The position numbers and the translations under genes are program-made. From Gammaproteobacteria bacterium (lineage in GTDB: Bacteria > Pseudomonadota > Gammaproteobacteria > Steroidobacterales > Rariloculaceae): a stretch of DNA of 64,000 nt. A model generated the notes under the pieces. The model was not told the DNA's origin. It was given only the letters and a program-made list of their open reading frames with translations, and did no database searches. Positions 57,149-64,000 of this stretch are shown here, piece by piece. The stretch covers positions 8,489-72,488 of the forward strand of contig JAJDVG010000028.1 of NCBI GenBank assembly GCA_022826245.1, given 5' to 3'. Position 1 is the first letter of the stretch. The number at the start of each line of letters is the position of its first letter.

Positions 57149-58321
57149 ATGCAACGGCCGGCCCACATCGGAGTCCATGCGGCGCTTGCTGCCGCGGTTA
57201 TCGCGGCGGCCTTCATCGCCCCTGCCATCGTCCTCGGTCAGACGGACGACGAAGTCGCGCTCAGCGCGGTCCGCGCCGAGATCGAGGCGGTCGAGCGGCG
57301 CATGGCGCGGCAGACGGCAGAGCGCGACGCCGGCGCCGAAGCGCTCAGGCGTACCGAGCTTGGCATCGCCGAGGTCAACGGGGAACTCGCGCGGCTGCGT
57401 GCCGCGGCTCGCGAACAGCAGCAACGCCGGGAGGCGCTCGCGGGCCAGTCCCGGGAGGCCGAGGACCGCCTTGCCACGGAACGCGACGCGCTCGCCGGGC
57501 AGTTGCGCGTGAGTTACATGACGGGTCGGCAGGAGCTGTTCCGGCTGCTGCTGAGCCAGGAAGATTCGGCCGGGCTCGGCCGGATGATGATCTACTATGA
57601 CTACTTCAATCGCACCCGGGCGGGCCGGATCGCGGCCGCAAGCGGCGAGCTGCGCACGCTCGCGCGGCTCGACGCGGAAGCCGCGCAAGCCGCGCGGGAG
57701 CTCGATTCGCTGCGCGCCTCGGAGCAGGCCGAGCTGGAGATGCTCGACGCCGCTCGCGCCGAGCGCAGCGCCGTACTAGCGCGGCTCGAGTCGTCGATCG
57801 ACGCGGCAGATGACGAGATGGCGCAGCTGCGGGATGAGGAACGACGGCTGGTGGAACTGCTGGCGTCGCTCGGCGATCTGCTGGCCGCGCTTCCCGTGAC
57901 GGCCGATTTGCCGTTCGTCGATCTGCGGGGGCGGCTGAGTTGGCCCGTTGCCGGCCGGCTGGCCGCCGACTACGGCCAGCCGCGCGGCTCCGGGGCGCTG
58001 AACTGGCAGGGTGTGCTGCTCGACTCGGTGCAGGGTGCGCCCGTCAGGGCCCTGTACCATGGCCGGGTCGCCTATTCGGACTGGCTGCCGGGGCTCGGCC
58101 TGCTCGTCATCGTCGACCACGGCGACGGTTACATGAGCCTCTACGGTCACAACGATGCGCTGCTCAAGGCGCCCGGAGATCCGGTCATGACCGGCGAAGA
58201 GATTGCCCGGGTCGGCGACACGGGCGGCCGGGCACGGCCGTCGCTCTACTTCGAGATCCGGCGCGACGGCGAGCCCGTGAACCCGCACTCCTGGATCGCC
58301 GGCAGGCCGTCGGCAAACTAG
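57149..58321 (+). CDS. envC: Murein hydrolase activator EnvC
   Basis: Signal peptide, long coiled coil, degenerate M23 domain (WPVAG, YMSLYGHN, LYFEIRRDG). Confidence 0.9.
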   Translation: MQRPAHIGVHAALAAAVIAAAFIAPAIVLGQTDDEVALSAVRAEIEAVERRMARQTAERDAGAEALRRTELGIAEVNGELARLRAAAREQQQRREALAGQSREAEDRLATERDALAGQLRVSYMTGRQELFRLLLSQEDSAGLGRMMIYYDYFNRTRAGRIAAASGELRTLARLDAEAAQAARELDSLRASEQAELEMLDAARAERSAVLARLESSIDAADDEMAQLRDEERRLVELLASLGDLLAALPVTADLPFVDLRGRLSWPVAGRLAADYGQPRGSGALNWQGVLLDSVQGAPVRALYHGRVAYSDWLPGLGLLVIVDHGDGYMSLYGHNDALLKAPGDPVMTGEEIARVGDTGGRARPSLYFEIRRDGEPVNPHSWIAGRPSAN

Positions 58322-58372
58322 CCGGCGCTGTGCTAAGGTGAACCGCTCCCGGGGAGGGGAGTAAAACCGCAC

Positions 58373-59614
58373 ATGTCGCTGAAGCTTCGCTGCGTGCTCG
58401 TTCTCGTGATCGGCACCGTGCTTGGTCTCACCGTGTCGCTCGGCAGCAGCGTGCTCGCCGATCGCGAGGCCCGGCTGGCCGCGCGCAGCAGGCCCTCGAC
58501 CCTGCCCGCCGAATACGTGCAACGCCTCGCCGAGGTCATCGAACGCGTCCGCCGCGAGTATGTCGATCAGATCGACGACGAGCGGCTCATCGAGAGCGCG
58601 ATCCGCGGCGTCATCGAGGAACTCGATTCGCACTCGCGCTATCTCGACGCGCGAGCTTACGAGGACATCCGTATCGCGACGACGGGCAACTACTCCGGCG
58701 TCGGTCTCGACGTGCGCGTCGAGAACGGGCAGGTGACCGTGGTCACGCCGCTCGACGGTGGGCCGGCCCAGCAGATCGGGATCCTGCCCGGCGACGTTGT
58801 GATTTCGGTTGACGATATGCCCGTGAACGGGGACAACGTCGACGAAACCGTGAACCGCATGCGCGGAACGCCGGGCACGCGCGTCACGCTTGGCATCATG
58901 CGCGACGGCGCTGAAGAGCCGCTCGAATTCGCCCTGACGCGCGCCGAAATCAACGTGAAGACCGTCACCAGCGCATACCTTGGCGACGGCTACGGCTACA
59001 TCCGGCTCACGGGCTTCTCCGACAGCACGGCGCGCGACGTCGACGCGGCGGCGCAGTTTCTGGACGCGGAATCGGACACCGGCCTCGATGGGCTCGTGCT
59101 CGACCTGCGCAACAACCCCGGCGGCGTTCTCGAGGCGGCCGTCGAAGTGGCGGATCTCTTCATTGACGACGGTCTCATCGTGCGCGGCTCAGGCCGAATT
59201 CGTCAGGCGCGGTTCGAGAAGCGCGCGACAGCCGGCGACGAACTCGAGCAGATCCCCCTGGTCGTTCTGGTCAACCGGGGATCGGCGTCGGCGTCCGAGA
59301 TCGTTGCCGGCGCGCTGCAGGACCATGACAGGGGCGAAGTCGTCGGCGAGCGGACCTACGGCAAGGGCTCGGTGCAGACGGTGCTGCCGATTTCCGAAGG
59401 CAACGCGATCAAGCTGACCACGTCACGCTACATCATGCCATCCGGACGCTCCATCACCGGGGTCGGCATCTATCCGGACATCGTCGTGCGCAACGCCGAT
59501 CCGCGGCGCCAGTACCGGGGCCCGGACAGCGCGGTGGCCCCCGGCGACGACCTGCAGTTGCAACGGGCGCTTCGGCTGATCGGCTACAGCACTGTCGCCC
59601 TCGGCGAGCTGTAG
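58373..59614 (+). CDS. ctpA: S41 carboxy-terminal processing protease
   Basis: LDSHSRY, PDZ domain, DLRNNPGG, SASASEIV, GKGSVQ. Confidence 0.93.
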   Translation: MSLKLRCVLVLVIGTVLGLTVSLGSSVLADREARLAARSRPSTLPAEYVQRLAEVIERVRREYVDQIDDERLIESAIRGVIEELDSHSRYLDARAYEDIRIATTGNYSGVGLDVRVENGQVTVVTPLDGGPAQQIGILPGDVVISVDDMPVNGDNVDETVNRMRGTPGTRVTLGIMRDGAEEPLEFALTRAEINVKTVTSAYLGDGYGYIRLTGFSDSTARDVDAAAQFLDAESDTGLDGLVLDLRNNPGGVLEAAVEVADLFIDDGLIVRGSGRIRQARFEKRATAGDELEQIPLVVLVNRGSASASEIVAGALQDHDRGEVVGERTYGKGSVQTVLPISEGNAIKLTTSRYIMPSGRSITGVGIYPDIVVRNADPRRQYRGPDSAVAPGDDLQLQRALRLIGYSTVALGEL

Positions 59615-59629
59615 CGTTCGCCGACAGAC

Positions 59630-59911
59630 TTGGGCACTCGAAGCGCACGACGCCCGGCACGGCGGCGCGAGAGCAAGTTTCCGATCTGGGGTGTACTGGC
59701 CTTGCCGGGCGGGCTCCTCTGGGGCGCCCTGCTCGGCGTCCTCGCCGGCGGCTTTCTCGGCAATGCCGCGATGGGCGTAGCCGTGGGGGCGGGCCTGGGG
59801 ATCGGTGTGGGCATATGGCTGTTCGCGGCGGCGATCGTCATCGCATCGGCGAAGGAAGTCCCCAGCCCCGGAACCGGCCGGCCGGACGAACCGGAACGTC
59901 GCGACGGATGA
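59630..59911 (+). CDS. Small glycine-rich membrane protein
   Basis: Gly-zipper-like hydrophobic segments; ATGA overlap with the next gene. Confidence 0.5.
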   Translation: MGTRSARRPARRRESKFPIWGVLALPGGLLWGALLGVLAGGFLGNAAMGVAVGAGLGIGVGIWLFAAAIVIASAKEVPSPGTGRPDEPERRDG

Positions 59912-60258
59912 AACGCCTGAGCTTCCATGCCGGACGCGGGCTCGGCGCGCTTGCGGGCGCCTTGCTCGCGGTTCTCTGGGTCTACACGATGTGGACACCC
60001 GGCGCCGCGCTCGGCCTGAGCGGCATCGGGCTCGCGATCGGGTTCATGATGGTGGTCATCGCGGTCATCGCCGTGATCGCCGCGGTCCATGGCCACGCGG
60101 CGGCGCTCATGATCGCATTCCTCGCATCGTTCCTGCCGGTCGGCGCGGTCCTGATTCAGGCCGCCGACCTCCAGGACCGGTGGATCGGCATGCTCGATCT
60201 GGCGCTGCTGGCCGCGGCCGCGCTCGTGCACTTCGGCAAGGAGGCGAGAGAACGATGA
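59908..60258 (+). CDS. Hypothetical four-TM membrane protein
   Basis: Four hydrophobic helices; ATGA coupling on both sides. Confidence 0.65.
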   Translation: MKRLSFHAGRGLGALAGALLAVLWVYTMWTPGAALGLSGIGLAIGFMMVVIAVIAVIAAVHGHAAALMIAFLASFLPVGAVLIQAADLQDRWIGMLDLALLAAAALVHFGKEARER

Positions 60259-60641
60259 CGACACATGCCGGCGGCTGTCATTGCGGACGAGTCCGGTTCG
60301 AGGTCGACGGCGCCGCCGAGATCGAGGTCACGGAATGCAACTGCTCGGTCTGCAGCAAGTCGGGCTACCTGCACTTCATCGTGCCGAAGACACAGTTCAG
60401 ACTGCTCGGCGGTACGGACGACCTCGTAACGTACCGATTCAATACCCGCGTAGCCAAGCACACGTTCTGCCGCGTCTGCGGCATCAAGCCGTTCTATGTG
60501 CCGCGCTCGCATCCGGACGGGATCAGCGTCAACGCGCGCTGCATCGATCCGGCCACAGTGGCGTCGATCTCGGTCGTGCGCCGCTTCGATGGCGCGAACT
60601 GGGAGCAACACATCGCGGAGTTGCCGCCGCTTGCCGAGTGA
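60255..60641 (+). CDS. GFA family Zn-binding protein
   Basis: GGCHCGRVRF, CNCSVC, HTFCRVCGI. Confidence 0.9.
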   Translation: MTTHAGGCHCGRVRFEVDGAAEIEVTECNCSVCSKSGYLHFIVPKTQFRLLGGTDDLVTYRFNTRVAKHTFCRVCGIKPFYVPRSHPDGISVNARCIDPATVASISVVRRFDGANWEQHIAELPPLAE

Positions 60642-60708
60642 GCGCGGTGTGTCGACAACGAAGCGCCGAAGCCGTCATGTTCCATCGGCATTTGGAGGCC
60701 GTTGAACC

Positions 60709-61134
60709 GTGACCGCCGCACCGAACCGGAACCGGGTCCCGTGGTTGGCATGCGTCGTGCTCGCTGCGCTCTGGGCCGCATCGCTCGGCCTGCCGGCGGT
60801 CCGGGTCGCCGGCGGTCCGGAGCTTGACGGGCTCGACGTGTTACTGCAGGGCTGGCGCGGCGCTGGCGTCGGCGTCTACGCCTGGTACTCGAACCCCCTG
60901 TTTCTCGCCGCCGTGCTTGCGGCCCTGTTGCGCTTCCCGGCCGCGGCCGGGATCGCCTCGGGAGCCGGTCTCGTGCTCGCTCTGACGAGCTTCGCGGCAT
61001 CGGGTCTTGCGCAAAGCACCGGCGGCGTGGCTCCGGAACTCGCTTTCGGCGTCGGGTTCTATGTCTGGCTGCTGCCTCAGGCCGCGCTTTGCGGGTGGTG
61101 CTGGGCCACCGTTTCGCGCCGGCTGCTCGCCTGA
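60709..61134 (+). CDS. Hypothetical membrane protein
   Basis: Hydrophobic helices, AWYSNPL and GVGFYVWL motifs. Confidence 0.65.
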   Translation: MTAAPNRNRVPWLACVVLAALWAASLGLPAVRVAGGPELDGLDVLLQGWRGAGVGVYAWYSNPLFLAAVLAALLRFPAAAGIASGAGLVLALTSFAASGLAQSTGGVAPELAFGVGFYVWLLPQAALCGWCWATVSRRLLA

Positions 61135-61171
61135 TACGCTCGAAACTCCGGGCACTCGGGCAAAATTGGAT

Positions 61172-61200
61172 TTGACCGGCAACTTGGGCCGCCGTAGAGT
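61172..61200 (+). promoter_or_regulatory. Sigma70 promoter for the RRM gene
   Basis: TTGACC-N17-TAGAGT. Confidence 0.55.
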
Positions 61201-61349
61201 GTTCCCGTTGCCGGGGGACGCGCTGTCGGACAGGCACAGCCTGAAAGCTGCGCTTGCTGATAACGATTACTACCGAGCCCCCGGTCTGGCACTTGATTTG
61301 GCGCCGTTGGTCAAGTTGCCAGCTTTGTGCAATGGCGTGAGAGCCTTGA

Positions 61350-61597
61350 ATGAATATTTACGTGGGAAACCTGTCATACGGCCTGAGCGAGCAGGAGCTT
61401 CGTGACGCCTTTGCAGCTTTCGGTGAGGTGACTTCGGTAAAGATCCTGATGGATCGCGAAACGGGCCGCTCCAGAGGGTTCGGGTTCGTCGAAATGCCCA
61501 ACCAGAGCGAAGGGGAGGCGGCCATCTCGAACCTGAACGGCAAGCCGCTCGACGGTCGCCCCGTCCGCGTCAACGAAGCGCGCCCCAGGGAAAGACG

Positions 61598-61601
<4 letters not shown>
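61350..61601 (+). CDS. RRM (RNP-1) RNA-binding protein
   Basis: RNP2 IYVGNL, RNP1 RGFGFVEM, VNEARPR. Confidence 0.95.
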
Positions 61602-63409
<1,808 letters not shown>

Positions 63410-63420
63410 GCGCGTTTCTC

Positions 63421-63534
63421 ACGATATTCCGTTACATATTTTTACGGAAATCCGTGGTTTCACGGAAATCCGTAACATTTCGTTCTTTTAAGCCCTTGAT
63501 TTTAATAGCCCTTGAAATTGGCACGAACCGTGCA
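63421..63534 (+). promoter_or_regulatory. Sigma54 enhancer: three UAS palindromes, IHF site, -24/-12 promoter
   Basis: ACGGAAATCCGT at 63444 and 63462, ACGATATTCCGT at 63421; minus-strand AATCAAGGGCTTA (IHF consensus) at 63489-63501; TGGCACGAACCGTGCA at 63519-63534. Confidence 0.8.
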
Positions 63535-63604
63535 TATATCAGGTCGGGAGAGTTGCAGGAGTTCAAGCTTATCGGAGTTTCGTAACAAAGGGAAGGGAAC
63601 GGAT

Positions 63605-63877
63605 ATGGCAACAAGACAATTGAAAGGATTCGCGGCGGCAGCGCTGCTCGTCTTCGTGCTCTACGGACAGAGCGCGTCCGCCATGGACGAAGTCGTGGCG
63701 TACGGCGCCGAGGATGCGGCCCTGGCACGGCAAAGTCGGGAGCTGTTTCGCAGCGAACGGCAGGATTACATCCGTTCCGTCGAGCACGAGTTGAGGGCGA
63801 CACTTGTCGAGCGCCCGAAAGGAATCGGCGCGCCGCGTCTGAGACTTGCGAATCTCGACGTCCCGAACAGGGGCTGA
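63605..63877 (+). CDS. Small secreted hypothetical protein
   Basis: Purine-rich RBS, signal peptide MATRQLKGFAAAALLVFVLYGQSASA, mature N-terminus MDEVVAYG. Confidence 0.7.
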   Translation: MATRQLKGFAAAALLVFVLYGQSASAMDEVVAYGAEDAALARQSRELFRSERQDYIRSVEHELRATLVERPKGIGAPRLRLANLDVPNRG

Positions 63878-64000
63878 GCCCCTTAACGCCGCGGTCGGCG
63901 TCTCCCCCCGTCGAACCGCCGCGGGCCTTGCCGGAAGGCTTTAAGACTTGGGGGCCGGGTTATGTTCCCGGCAGCGAACATGGACAGAGTCGTGACTCAC

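Noticed and set aside
61287-61302. Sigma54-like TGGCAC-N5-TTGG in the RRM leader
   Set aside because: The -12 GC is misplaced, and the sequence is better explained as one arm of a hairpin.

Overview
High-GC gammaproteobacterial chromosome segment spanning the replication-origin region. The backbone runs glmS-glmU, the complete atpIBEFHAGDC operon, parB-parA-rsmG, mnmG (inverted), mnmE-yidC-rnpA-rpmH, dnaA-dnaN-recF-gyrB, plsC-gmhB-GlyRS, glnA-ntrBC, an extra lpxA with a GnnA-like partner, pyrD, gpsA-secB-rhodanese, envC-ctpA, an RRM protein and a PAS-PAS sigma54 activator. The left ~13.4 kb, downstream of glmS, is accessory: TonB receptors, intact and decayed DUF3500 copies, secreted uncharacterised proteins, a VapBC-type TA pair and a TonB receptor/DUF3526 ABC operon. 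Most notable: (1) a diverged 59-bp copy of the glmS 3' end 8 kb downstream of glmS, delimiting an apparent island with no integrase or Tn7 genes; (2) a 30-bp double-hairpin intergenic repeat present three times, with a compensatory base-pair swap; (3) a His/Cys leader ORF ending in RPPSTGPP, a candidate arrest peptide, ahead of a metal-uptake-like operon; (4) a three-stem pseudoknot-like element in the glmU-glmS spacer; (5) apparent in-situ replacement of glyQ/glyS by an alpha2-type GlyRS; (6) a complete sigma54 enhancer (UAS, IHF, -24/-12) driving a small secreted protein of unknown function. No rRNA, tRNA, CRISPR array, transposase or integrase was recognised. All calls come from reading the sequence by eye; no searches were run.
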